Source: Squalus acanthias
Lineage: Eukaryota
DNA length: 64,000 nt
Direction: 5' to 3'
Assembly (NCBI GenBank): GCA_030390025.1
Contig: CM059432.1
Coordinates: 63,366,001-63,430,000, forward strand
Made by a program: the position numbers and the translations under genes. This document shows, piece after piece, positions 48,071-61,309 of this stretch (positions are counted from its first letter, which is position 1; every line of letters begins with the position of its first letter). The notes beneath the pieces were generated by a model. It worked only from the letters and a program-made list of their open reading frames with translations, made no database searches and had not been told where the DNA came from.

Positions 48071-48968
48071 GGGGGAAAAATTCAGTTGCTTTGCGCCTCC
48101 CGTTAGCGCCCTAAGAGGGCGCTAATGGGGCGCAAAGCAACTAGCGCCCGGGCGCGGTGATGTTTGCGCCGCTTGCGAAATTGACCAGACATTTTGAGGC
48201 GGCGCTAAACACTACCTGCCACGATCTCCTGCGCCCTGCAGATCGTGACGTCAGTTGAGCGTGCAACGCCCTGGTAGCGCCACGGACTGTATATTGAGTG
48301 GCGCCCCCTGCCTTACCGCCTGCTGCTAGAAATGACAGGTTGAGGGGAGCGTTTTGCAGTCAGGAAGGGACTGGGGGAGCGCTATTTAAAGGCAGCCGCT
48401 TCCTGACCTTTTTTGTCGGTGACATTTTTGCACCACGCATTCTGAGAGAGAGAGAGAGAGAGACTTCTGGAGAGATTCAACGCTGTGTGAAGGAGTTTTG
48501 GGTACTGAGCAGCACTTTGCAGGTTAATTTTGATTTAACCTTCCTTGCATCGATTTAGAAGAGACTATGGGGGCTGCACTCTGAACTCTTTCCCTGGGCC
48601 TCTCCATTGTTCTTTCCAGCAGAATTGATGTACAGGTCTCTCCAGGCCGAGATTCAAGGCTGCAATGAGCAGGGTGTGGATGGAGAGCAAGATCGACCCT
48701 CCCCTTTAAGAACTGGCCGGCGCCAGTGTGTCTATGTTCCATTCCTGACTGACATCACATGAGCTTCGCCAACGCTCTGAGGTAGCGCCTCACTCCTTGG
48801 CGTTAGCGCCTTAAGAGAGGTGTGTAGCGCCTGATTTAGCACTCCAATCACCTCCAGGGGCGATAGAAGTCAAGTTTGAAGTCAGAGGCGATAATTAGCG
48901 GCAGGCGCTAAACTTTGTGCCCGGCCGATAATTGCGCCCCAAACGGGGCGATACCGAATTTCTCCCCC
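48071..48968. mobile_element. Harbinger-type MITE, family B
   Basis: TIRs GGGGGAAAAATTC / GAATTTCTCCCCC, TSD ATA; first 90 bp or so nearly identical to 1195-1280. Confidence 0.88.
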
Positions 48969-48971
48969 ATA

Positions 48972-50350
48972 AGATATTAAGGGGAACAGATAGGGTAGAT
49001 AGAAACTATTTTCACTGTTTGGGGATTCTAGGACTAGGGGGCCTGGTCTAAAAATTATAGCCAGACCTTTCAGGAGTGAAATAAGGAAACACCTCTACAC
49101 ACAAAGGGTGGCAGAAGTTTGGAACTCTCTTCCGCAAATGGCAATTGATGCTAGATCAATTGTTAATTTTAAATCAGAGATTGATAGCTTTTTGTTAACC
49201 AAAGGTATTAAGGGATATGGGTATATGGAGTTAGGTCGCAGATCAGCCATGATCTCATTGAATGGTGGAACAGGCTTGAGGGGCTCAATGGCCTACTCCT
49301 GTTACTATGTTCCTATGTTCCAAGTACACACAAGGGAAGATATGAACAATAGGCCTTTCCTTTAAAAGAGTACCAAGATATAATTCAAAACTTTGATATA
49401 AATGAGATGGAAGTCCTAGACAAGCTAAAAGGCTTAGAACAAATACATTTCCAAGGTTAGATGATATCCTAGAATGTTGAGAGACTGACGACGAGATTTG
49501 TGAAGAAGTTATTAGACCCTGGGGAGGTACCAGTAGAATAGAAACAAACTAACATGGTGCCCATATTCAAATAGGTTGACAAAATAGACACCACAACTAC
49601 AGACCCTTTAGTCTTCAATCCATGTAAAATAATGGAATTGATTATCAACAGTAAATTGGAGGATTATCTGTACAATGATCAGCACAGTTTTAGATGGTGA
49701 AGTTCCTGCCTGACTAACTTCCTTGATTTCTTTGAGGAGGTGACAACAAAAGTCGACCGTGGTAAACCCTATGAGGTTGTGTCCTTCGACTTCCAGAAGG
49801 AATTGATAAGGTTCCATACAAAAGATTACTGATCAGGCTGAAAGCTAAGGGAATTCAGGGCAAGACTTGGGTATGAATAAGAAAATGGCTAAAGGGTAGA
49901 AAACAAAAGCCACCGGTTCAAGGGATAATGTGAGGGTGGGGAGAAGTACTGAGTAGAGTGTGCCAGAGCTCAGTGTTAGGATCAATATTGTTTCTAATCT
50001 ACATTAATGACTTGGATTTTGAAACTCAATGCAAATTGGTTAAATTTGGCGATGATATGAAACTAGGAGTGGCTTTGGAATTGAAGGAGGAAACCCAGAA
50101 ATTGCAGAATGAGCTAAACGAAATATGTTAATGGACTGAACAACGATAGTTGAAACTGAATGCAGACAAATGTAATTATTCTACATAGGAAGAAAATATG
50201 GGCAATACATATACTTCATGAATAGTGTTAAAATAGATATGGATGAGAGACCCAAGTGTATTAGACTCAACACTCAACATATCCAATCAATGCAAAGTAG
50301 CAATCAAGAAAGCCAACAAAATTTTGAATTACAGAGCTGAAACAATATGA
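48972..50350 (+). mobile_element. CR1 fragments (a younger 3' end at 48972-49320, then an older RT region)
   Basis: VWNSLPQ 3' motif; degenerate LDFFEEV..DFQKE.DKVP and INDLD..KFGDD. Confidence 0.75.
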
Positions 50351-50354
50351 CAGA

Positions 50355-53300
50355 GGAACAACAACAGCAACAACAACAATTTGTATTTATATAGTATTAA
50401 TGCAGTAAAACGTCCCAAGGCGCTTCACAGGAGCATTATCAAACAAAATTTGACAGCGAGCCATATAAGGAGATATTAGGGCAAAGAGGTAGGTTTTAAG
50501 GAGCATCTTAAAGGAGGAAAGAGAGGTAGAGGCAGCCTTGGCAGCTGAAGGCACGGCCACCAATGGTTGAGCGATTAAAATCGGGGATGCTCAAGAGGCC
50601 AGAATTGGAGGAGTGCAGAGATCTTGGAGGGTTGTAGGGCTGGAGGAGATTACAGAGATAGAGAGGGGCGAGTCCATGGAGGAATTTGAAAACAAGGATG
50701 AGAATGTTAAAATCGAGGCATTGCTTAACCGGGAGCCAATGTAGGTCAGCGAGCACAGGGATGATGGGTGAATGGGACTTGGTGTGAGTTAGGACATGGA
50801 CATGGAGTTTTGGATGAGCTCATGTTTATGGAGGGTAGAACATAGAAAGCCAGTCAGGAGTGTGTTGGAATAGTCAAGTTTAGAGGTAACAAAGGCACGG
50901 ATGAGAGTTTCAGCAACAAATGAGCTGAGGCAGGGGCAGAGTCGGGTGATGTTACAGAGGTGGATATAGGCGGTTTTAATGATGGCATGGATATGTGATC
51001 GGAAGCTCATCTCTGGGTCAAATACAACACCAAGGTTGCAAACAGTCTGGTTCAGCCTCAGACAGTTTCCAGGGAGAGGGATGGAGTCGGTGGCTAGGGA
51101 ACGGAGTTTGTGGTGGGGACTGAAGACAATGGCTTCGGTCATCCCAATATTTAGTTGGAGGAAATTTCTGCTCATCCAGTACTGGATGTCAGACAAGCAG
51201 TCTGACAATTTAGAGACAGTGGAGGGGTCGAGATCGGTGGTGGTGTGGTAGAGCTGGGTGTTGTCAGCGTACATGTGGAAACTGATGCTGTGTTTTTGGA
51301 TGATGTCGCCGAGGGGCAGCATCTAGATGAGAAATAGGAGGGGGCCAAGGATAGATCCTTGGGGATACTAGAGGTAACAATGTGAGAGCGGGAAGAGAAG
51401 GCTTTGCAGGTGATTCTCTGGCTATGACTGGATAGATCAGAATGGAACCAGGCGCATGCAGTCCCACCCAGCTGGACGACAGTGGAAAGACATTGGAGGA
51501 GTGGGCAACCATGTCAAAAGCTGCAGACATGTCAAGAAGGACGAGGAGGGATAGTTTACCTTTGTCACAGTCACACAGCATATCACTTGTGACTTTGAGA
51601 AGAGCCATTTTGTTACTGTGACAGGGGCGGAAACCTGATTGGAGGGATTCAAACATGGAGTTCCGGGAAAGATGGGCATGGAATTCGGAGCTGACAGCTT
51701 GTTCAAGAACTTTGGGGAGGAAAGGGAGGTTGGAGATGAGGCGGTAGTTTGCAATGATGGAGGGGTCAAGGGTTGTTTATTTGAGGAGAGGTGTGATGAC
51801 AGCAGATTTGAAAGAGAGGGGGACAGTACCTGAGGAGAGAGAATCGTTAACAATATCAGCTAACATGGGAGCCAGGAAGGGAAGTTGGGTGGTCAGCAGT
51901 TTAGTGGGAATAGGGTCGAGGGAGCAGGAAGTGAGTCTCATGGACAAGATGAGCTTGGAGAGGGCATGAGGGGAGATCGGAGAGAAACTAGAGAAAGATG
52001 CAAGTTCAGGGCTAGGGCGGGGAAAACCTTAGAGGAAGTTTGGCCCGGTGGGCTAGGGGAAGGGAGGGAAGCGGCAGAGGCAGCTGATTGGATAGTCTCA
52101 ATTTTAGTGACAAAGAAGTCCATCCATGAGCTCCTCGCACTTGTTGGAGGTGAGGGTGGAGGAGACAGGGAAGAGGGGTTTAAGTAGATGGTTTACAGTA
52201 GAGAAAAGAAGCTGGGAGTTATCTTTGCATTCCAGGATGATCCTGGAATAGTGAGCAGTTTTGGCAGAGGAGAGCAGAACCCAATAATGCTTTATGTGGT
52301 CCAGCCAGATCTGATGGTGAATGTTTAAACCAGTTGTCCGGTCATATCTGTCAGAAATGTCGTGGTGAATGAAGGGCCAAAGGCTAGACAGTTGGGATTT
52401 TTGGGAGCGCAGTTGTAAGTGAATTGGGAGAGAGTTTTTTCCAGGGGAGGACACAGAAGGAAGTAGGGTTGGGAGGGGGAGGGGGAGATGGAGAGTGGGT
52501 GGAGAGCGATACAAGGAAGTGGTCAGAGATGGCCTTATCTGTGATTGATATGATGGGAGTAGCATGGCCACATGAGATGGCAAGGTCAAGGGGGTGGCCT
52601 TGAATATAGGTTAGGGCGTTTATATGGAGGGAGAGATAAGGGAGGGTAGGAGGCTCGTGAACTCATAGGAGAGAGAGCATGATGAATTGAGATGGAGGTT
52701 GAAATCACCGAGGATGAGAAGTCGCTCGGTGCAGAAGCTGAGGGATGAAAGCAATGAAGATACCTCGGTGAGAACATTTTTATGGTACTTGGGTGGGCGG
52801 TAGAGAACGAGAATTTAAAACAAGAGGTGAGAGAGGTGGAACAAGGTGAGAGGTGCTCAAAGGAGGAGAAATTGCCAGAGGCGTAGGGGGGTAGACCAAG
52901 GTGTGATTTAGTGATAAGAGCCACACCGTCACCGCGACAGTCTGAGCGGGGCAAGTGGTGGAAGGTGTAGCCAGGCGGGGAGGCTTCATTTAGGGGGAAG
53001 GTGTAATCACCCCTCAGCCAGATTTCCGTCAAGGGCATGATATTGATGCAATCATCCACAGTAAACAGTCATTGTGGAGACAAAGTCCCGTCTTCACACT
53101 GAGGACACCCTCCATCGTGTTGTGTGGCACTACCACTGTGCTAAATGAGATAGATTCAGAACAGATCTATCAGCTCAAAACTGGGCATCCATGAGGCGCT
53201 GTGGGCCATCAGCAGCAGCAGAATTGTATTCCACCACAATCTGTAACCTTCACTCTACCATTACCACCAAGCCAGGGGACCAACCCTGGTTCAATGAGGA

Positions 53301-56200
53301 GTGCAGAAGAGCATGCCGGGAGCAACACCAGGCGAACCTAAAAATGAGGTGCCAACCTGGGGAAGCTGCAACACAGGACTACATGCATGCTAAAAAGCGG
53401 AAGCAGCATGCCATAGACAGGGCTAAGTGATCCCACAATCAACGGATCAGATCAAAGCTCTGCAGTCCTGCCACATCCAGTCGTGAATGGTGGTGGACCA
53501 TTAAACAACTAACGGGAGGAGGAGACTCCATGAATATCACCATCCTCAATGATGGTGGAGCCCAGCACGTGAGTGCAAAAAACAAGGCTGAAGCGTTCGC
53601 AGCCATCTTAAGCCAGAAGTGCTGAGTGGATAATCCATATCAGCCTACTCCTGAGGTCCCCACCATCACAGAATCCAGTCTTCAGCCAATTCGATTCATT
53701 CCACGTGATATCAAGAAATGGTTGAGTGCACTGGATACAGCAAAGGCTATGGGCCCTGACAACATCCCAGCTATCGTGCTGAAGATTTGTGCTCCAGAAC
53801 TAGCCACCCCTCTAGCCAAGCTGTTCTAGTACAGCTACAACACTGGCATCTATCCGACAATGTGGAAAACTGCCCAGATATGTCCTGTCCACAAAAAGCA
53901 GGACAAATCCAACCCGGCCAATTACCACCCCATCAGTCTACTCTCAATCATCAGCAAAGTGATGGAAGATGTCATCGACAGTGCTATCAAGCGTCACTTA
54001 CTCACCAATAACCTGCTCACTGATGCCCAGTTTGGGTTCCGCCAAGACCACTCGGCTACCGACCTCATTACAGCCTTGGTCCAAACATGGACAAAGGAGC
54101 TGATTTCCAGAGGTGAAGTGAGAGTGACTGCCCTTGACATTAAGGCAGCATTTGACCGAGTGTGGCATCAAGGAGCCCTAGTAAAACTGAAGTCAATGAG
54201 AATCAGGGGGAAAACTCTTCACTGGCTGGAGTCCTACCTAGCACAAAGGAAGATGGTTGTGGTGATTGAAGGTCAATCATCACAGCTGCAGGACATCGCT
54301 GCAGGAGTTCCTCAGGGCAGTGTCCTAGGCCCAACCATCTTCAGCTGCTTCATCAATGACCTTCCCTCCAACATAAGGTCAGAAATGGGGATGTTCGCTG
54401 ATGACTGCAGTGTTCAGCGCCATTCGCAACTCCTCAGATAATGAATCAGTCCCTGCCCGCATGCAACAAGACCTGGATGACATTCAGACTTGGGCTGATA
54501 AGAGGCAGGTAGCATTTGCACCACACAAGTGCCAGGCAATGACTATCTCCAATGAGTGAGAGTCTAACCACCGCCCCTTGACATTCAACGGCATTACCAT
54601 CACCAAATCCCCCACCATCAACATCCTGGGGGTCACCATTGACCAGAAACTTAACTGGACCAGCCACATAAATACTGTGGCAACAAGAGCAGGCCAGAGG
54701 CTAGGTATTCTGCGGCGAGTGTCTCACCTCCTGACTCCCCAAAGCCTTTCCACCATCTACAAGGTACAAGTAAGGAGTGTGATGGAATACTTTCCACTTG
54801 CCTGGATGAATGCAGCTGCAACAACACTCAAGAAGCTCGACACCATCCAGGACAAAGCAGCCCGTTTGATTGGCACCCCATCCACCACCTTAAACATTCA
54901 CTCCCTCCACCATCATCGTACTGTGGCTGCAGTGTGTACCATCTACAAGATGCACTGCAGCAACTCACCACGGATTCTTCGGCAGCACCTCCCAAACCCG
55001 CGACCTCTTCCACCTAGAAGGACAAGGGCAGCAGGCGCATGGGAACACCACCACCACCAAGTTCCCCTCCAAGTCACACACCATCCTGACTTAGAAGTAT
55101 ATCGCCGATCCTTCATCGTCGCTGGGTCAAAATCCTGGAACTCCCAAACTAACAGCACTGTGGGACTACCTTCACCACACGGACTGCAGCGGTTCAAGAA
55201 GGTGGCTCACCACCACCTTCTCAAGGGCAACTAGGGATGGGCAATAAATGCTGGCCTTGCCAGCGATGCCCAGATCCCATAAGCGAATAAAAAAAAACCA
55301 TGGATGGCAAGGGCCTTGTTCACATGTGAACGGACATTCTGGAGGGAGACGCGGAGAGGGGCGGAGATAGATGATCCACTGGCAGAGTCCACAGGGTCAG
55401 TGCTGGGGGGGGATGAGTTGGATGGGGAGGAGATTGGCAAGATTAGCCCCCAGTGGGCGCGCTGGGAGGGAAGGTTGGCGAGAGAGTAGGATGGGGCAGT
55501 TGGGGTTGCTTCTCGTAAGGAGGCAGTGACGAGTGACACGATGTGCCCTTTGGAGGATGCCAAGAGAGGCGCAGAGGGAAGTTGTAGGCTTAATTAAGAG
55601 GGAGTCAAGCCTAGGGTGGCAGCAAGGGAGGAGGAAGGTCGAGGAGTACTGAAGGGTTGAGGAAGGGATTTGGGAGGGCAGAGTACCCGAGAGGGGAGAA
55701 ATGATAGGAGGCATGATGACAGGAGAGAGGGGTCTAGAAGGAGTAAAGGGAAAAGAAGTAAAAAATGGGGAGAAAAAAGTGGAAATAGAAGTGATGGGCT
55801 TGGGTCCGGAGCGGCAGCCAAAACACGCACGTGAATGGTCACAGGGAAAACTCAAGTTACATAGGCTTGGTTACATAGCAATTATTAGGATACATATATC
55901 TTGGTAGTAAAAGGGGAACAGAGAGGAGACAGTAGGAGGGAGTCGAGAGTTAAAGTCAGAGGTCCCGCGGTGGGAGAAAGTTGACGAAGGTAGGGTGGAG
56001 TCGGCATGGAGCATCGATAAACTGTTGTCGAAGTTCAGAGACAAGTGTGGCGGGTGAGTGAAGTCTAGAAGCTATTTGAAGGGTAGAGTATCGGAGGACA
56101 AACTGATGGAGGTATTTCCGTGGGAATGAATCGTGCAGAATCGGTTGCGGGGCAGAAAAAAACGTTGGCGAAGTTGGAGGTCACCATAAGATCCAGAAGC
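50355..56200 (-). mobile_element. Near full-length L2 LINE, interrupted at about 53067-55297
   Basis: Endonuclease (SLQNVRS, LTEIWL), RT (FESLQSGFR, LLDMSAAFD, HMYADNTQLY, AFVTSKLDYSN, LADLHWLP) and a (TTG)n tail. Confidence 0.9.
53067..55297 (+). mobile_element. 5'-truncated CR1-group LINE with relatively intact RT and polyA tail
   Basis: KAMGPDNIP, NYHPISLLSIISKVME, QFGFRQ, ALDIKAAFDRVWH, GVPQGSVLGP, FADD; ends gcgaataaaaaaaaa. Exact clade uncertain. Confidence 0.9.
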
Positions 56201-56806
56201 GGCGGAGAAATGTACTTCGGCCCAGGAGTGTGAAGCTCCAGCCAGGAACCAGACTGTAGCTGAAGCTGAAAAACCAGTAGAACCAATAGGCCAGTCACAG
56301 GCTCAGCAGGTAACAGCAGTGGTGGGGGAAGGGCTCTAAGCTGATCAAAGTTGCTTTAAAATTGAAGCAACTGAGCAACAGATCAGAGACACAGCAGCTG
56401 AGTCTTACCGTGTAGTCCAGTATAGTCCAGTACAGAAGTGTAGACTTGATGTCCAGGGAAGTCCAGGAATTTGGAAGCCAAATTTTAGAAAAGATCCAGT
56501 GCTCACAAACAAAGAGCAGGCATGGTCAGTGGCAGTTTAAACTAGCAATTAACTTGTAGTTAGGGCTAAAATGCACGCACTACAAGAGCCAGGGAAATTA
56601 AACAGTGGAAGAGAGGAGTTTGGGGGAGAAAGGGCTAAGGATGGCAGTGGATGGCCAAGGATAGAGCTGCACAGTAAGAAGTTCCCTTGGTAGCTGACCA
56701 TCTAGAAGCCATCTTGTTCTCGTAAGAGCAAGTTGTGATAAACTGCAGTGCTTTGTTCAGACCGTACCTTGAGAACTGTGTCCAGTTCTGGTAACCGAGA
56801 GACAAA

Positions 56807-57635
56807 GGGCTGGATTTTGTGAATGGAGGCGAGTTGGAGGCGGGACTGCTGCTTGTTGTGTCAATGTCCCGCCTCCATTCTTGCCTGACCAATCAGAGGG
56901 TTTTCCCCTGATTGAGCTTGTTTAGCCCGCTCTGCGGGCTCAGCAGGCCAATTAGGGAGGAAGTCACTGACAGATCACATCAACGTCAGACGTGCTATCT
57001 GTCAAGACTTCTTGAAAGAAGAAATGACAGCGTTTGACAGCTCTGTGAAGCTATCAAACACTGCCATTCTCTTTAGTTTGATGAGACTTTGTGGTGAGGA
57101 CTCATCAAACCTTTCAACTTTGTAAATTTCACATGTCTGTAGGATCGGAGGATCCAACAGCTATTGTGTGAAATTGACAAGGAGAATGTCGGCTCTCCTG
57201 ATCTAGTGCGGCTAAAGGCTGTAGAAAGAAAACAAGGTAAGTGCACACTTTTTTAAACTTAGCACTCACCTTACATACTTACCACTCCACACTTGCACCC
57301 ACCACTCACCTCTATACCTTACTTCCAGGTGTCTCCGACCACCGCAGACCTCCTCCACGTCACCTCCAACCCGACGGGGTTCTCCGAGGTCGGGAAGCCT
57401 TCACCTGTGAAGGTAAAATGGCACTAATCCTTTTTTCTGCCTGTTAACTACCTGTTAACAGGCAGTTAAAAGGATTAAATGCCTTTCCCGCCTCCAGGAG
57501 ACGGTACCCGAAGCTGCATGTCCTCCTGCCTCCTGGCAAAAGGGCACGGAGGCGGGATGGGGGCGGGTTTGCCACCTCTATGCCCGGCTGTCCCACCTCT
57601 ATGCCCGCCTCTTCGGGGCTTGGAAAATCCAGCCC
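56807..57635 (+). mobile_element. Harbinger-type MITE, family C
   Basis: Perfect 12-bp TIR GGGCTGGATTTT, TSD AAA, inserted in a CR1 fragment. Confidence 0.88.
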
Positions 57636-57959
57636 AAAGGAGACATTCAAGTGCTGGTGGCAGTGCAGAGAAAAGCCTTAAGGCTGATTGTTGGGTCGGG
57701 ATTTTAACCTTACCCACCCGGCTGAAACCAGGCGGTTGGGCAGTTAAAATGACCTGGGTGACTTACCCGCTGAAAAGCTGCTCAGATCCTGCCATTTCTG
57801 ATTTTAATGGCTGCTTCTATACAGTCAGGTTAGCCAGTGGGGTCCTAATGCACATATTCTAATCAGTCTGACGATGTCACCAGGCCCTAACAGCGATTTT
57901 AACTTCAGCCTGTGCCGGGAAGCTGCTCCCTCAGTACTGCACTGAAGTGCCAGTTTAGA

Positions 57960-59935
57960 TAACATAAGAACATAAGAAAAAGGAGCAGGAGTAGGCCATA
58001 CGGCCCCTCAAGCCTGCTCCGCCATTCAATAAGATCATGGCTGAACTTCTACATCAACTTCACTTTCCTGCCCTATCCCCATATCCCTTGATGCTCAAAA
58101 ATGTATTGTTCTCAGTCTTGAATTATTTTTAAATTCACTCACAGGACATGGGTGTTGCTGGCAAGCATTTATTGCCCATTCCTAATTGCCCTTGAGAAGG
58201 TGGTGGTGAGCTGCCACTTCAGAGGGCAGTTAGGAGTCAACCACATTGCTGTGGGTCTAGAGTCACATATAGGATGATGGCAGATTTTCATCCCTAAAGG
58301 ACATTAGTGAACCAGATGGGTTTTTATGACAATCTGAATTTAAATTCCCCAGCTGATGTGTGGGATTTAGAACTCATGGGGGCGATTTTCCAAGCCCTGG
58401 GGAGGCGGGTATGGAGGCAGGACTGCCGGGAAAATGGGAGAATCTGGGTGCGGGTACCCATCCCGCCCCCAACCCGCCTCCGTGCCATCTTCCCAGGAGG
58501 CAGTTACCCGACCCGCACTGGGTCCCGTCTCCTCGAGGCGGGAATGGGATTAGTGCCAATTAACTGCCTGTTAACAGGTAGTTAACAGGCAGTTTTTTGG
58601 CTAATCCCTATTTTGAGCCCTAAAGTGTGGGCTTCCCGACGGCTCCGAACCTCGCCAGGGTCAGCGAGGCGAGCCATGGGTCTGCGGGGGTCGGAGGGGC
58701 CGAAATGTCCGGTATGCAGGTGAGTGATGGGTGCATGTGTGGAGAGGTAAGTGTGTGAGGTGAGTCTAAAGTGTTTTAATAAGATTAATTACCTTTGCTT
58801 CTTCCTCCAGGCTTCATCCCTTTAGACTGCGGAGCTGCCTCATCTCCACGGCAGAGATGACAGAATGGCTGCTGCATTCTCCGATGCAACAGCCATCTGT
58901 TTTCTGCTCAGGAAAGAGGTTTGGTGAGTCTTGAGTACAAGGACTCACCAAAGAACAGAGATTGTCAGTGTTTGACAGCTTCTCAAAGCTGTCAAACGAT
59001 GATAATTCATCTGTCAAAAATTTTTGACAGATGAAACGTCATACGCTGACGTTCTCTGTCACCGGCTTTCCCTTAATTGGCCTGCTAAGCCCGCTGAGCG
59101 GGCTTAACAAGGCCAATCAAGGGAAAATAGCGTGGGTTGGGCGGACGTCGAAGGAGGCGTCCGATGGAGGTGGGACTAAAACCCGACAGGCAGCAGTCCT
59201 GCCTCCATCACACCCCCATTGATAAAATCACCTCCCATGTCTCCAGATCATTAGTCCAGGCCTCTGGAGTACTAGCCCAGTAACATTACCATTATACTAC
59301 CGTACCCCATTGAATGTACTCATTGACTGAAGTAGAGAACCTTCTGGGGTAGAGAATTCCAAAGATACACAACCCTCTGAGTGAGGACATTTCTCCTCAT
59401 CTCAGTCCTAAATGGCCAACCCCTTATCCTGAGACTATGACCCCTGGTTCTAGACATTCCAACCAGGGGAAACAGCATCTCTAAGAATTTTATACGTTTC
59501 AATGAGATCACTTCTCATGCTTCTAAACTCCAGAGAATATAGGCCCATTCTACTCAATCTCTCCTCATAGGACAGCCCTCTCATCCCAGGAAACTATCTA
59601 GTGAACCTTCGTTACACCCCCTGTAAGGCAAGTATATCCTTCCTTAGGTAAGGAGACCAAAATTGTACACAGTACTCCAGGTGTGGACTCAGCAAAGCCC
59701 TATAGAATTGCAGCAAGACTTCCTTACTCTTATAATCCAAACACTTTGCAATAAAGGCTAACATACCATTTGCCTTCCTAATTGCTTGCTGTACCTTCAC
59801 GTTAATATTCTGTGATTCATGTACAAGGACACCCAAATCCCTTTGAATACCAATATTTACTAGTCTCTCACATTTTAAAAAATATTCTGCTTTTCCATTC
59901 TTCCTACCAAAGTGGATAATTTCATGCTTCCCCAA
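57960..59935 (-). mobile_element. CR1 3' part containing a family 2 SINE (about 58124-59309), which contains a MITE
   Basis: CR1 tail 57960-58123 resumes near 59310 (repeat TTGAAT); SINE tail at 58130 and SINE head at 59240-59309 on the minus strand. Confidence 0.82.
58378..59235 (-). mobile_element. Harbinger-type MITE, family C, inverted copy
   Basis: Termini GGGGGCGATTTT / AAAATCACCTCC, TSD CAT; reverse-complement homolog of 56807-57635. Confidence 0.85.
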
Positions 59936-61309
59936 GTCTCTGGAATCAGACTTGAACCCAGGACCTTCTGACTCAGAGGTGAGAGTGCTATCACTGAGCC
60001 AAGCCTGACACCTAACAGCTCTTCTTAAACATAGATGAACATACTGTTTTAGAAAGAATTGAGAACTTGAAAATAAATAGAGCAGCTGGGCCAGATGATA
60101 TCCACCCGAGTGTCCTCAGGGAGATGGGACATGTGCTGTGCGAGCCGTTGCACACAATCCTGCCCCGCTGACAATCCACTGCCATTATGGTACAGAGGAA
60201 ATTCGGGGCCTTCCAGTCAAAGTAGAGCCTAACACTGAGAGGTTAGTAGGTCTTAAATTATAAATACATTTGCTCGTAGTGTTTGATAAAGGAATATAAA
60301 CATCCTAACTTAAGTAATGATAATATTATGGCCCATTGAATTAAACTGTCTTATAATTAAACTGTGAAACATGCTTACAGTTTAGAGAGAATTTACAGTC
60401 ATTTTACAAGATTTAGCACAATATATTCTGTTGAAAAGGAAAACCTGTACACATTTCAGACTGAAGACTATTTTTAACGCTGTCTGCAGTATATAGGCAT
60501 TTTTAGATTTGAGCTTTGTCCAAAATATGATCAGTTAACACGTTCTTGGCTTCCAAAGAGGATTTATTATCTGAGCACAGTTTAAACATAGCAAGATACA
60601 CATAACATGTGTACTTTAGGGGTGAGTAAATAGTCCAGAAATAGTGGCTTAGTTGATCCAGTGCAAACTTAGATAAGTCCACAAAACCCAAACCTGACCT
60701 CATCTGAATGTTGTTGTTTTGTATTCAATGTCAGCTGGCGGTTAGTTTTTTGCTTAACTTGATTGCAGTAACCACATTTTACATCTTGCCATTGCACTTA
60801 GCACTGAGAAGCCGGTAACAGTGGGATTGTAAAGAAACAGCAGCTACAAGCCTGCAGTCCCAAGGGTCCAGGGCAGCACCTGGGGACAAAAAGGCCACTT
60901 ACCTTTTTACCTTTTTAGGCCTCTCTGGCTTTGCTGCCTGCTCATCTCAGATCATCTGATCTGAGGGTGGGGGAGGAGTACATCCAGCAAAATGAGGCAA
61001 TAAGATGTCCTTAAGGCACTCTTATCTTGTTTACAAGGCTGCCCATTGCTTGCATCTGCTCCACGTGCAAGCAATTCATCCACTCTTGGGAAACCCCTAA
61101 GCAAATCCCTGGGAAAGGTAAAGGGGGCAGAGATCCGGCATCATGGGCCTCCACCCCTTTTCCTCTCCTTAGCACTCCCCAAAAGCAGAGAAGAAAAATG
61201 TCGTGGCCCATATTTCTATCACTAGCAATGCAATAAACTTCAAAAGGCACTCATAACAAAATTATGTTAATTGAAGTTAAAAAATTACATATTTGATGAT
61301 GGAGACTTA

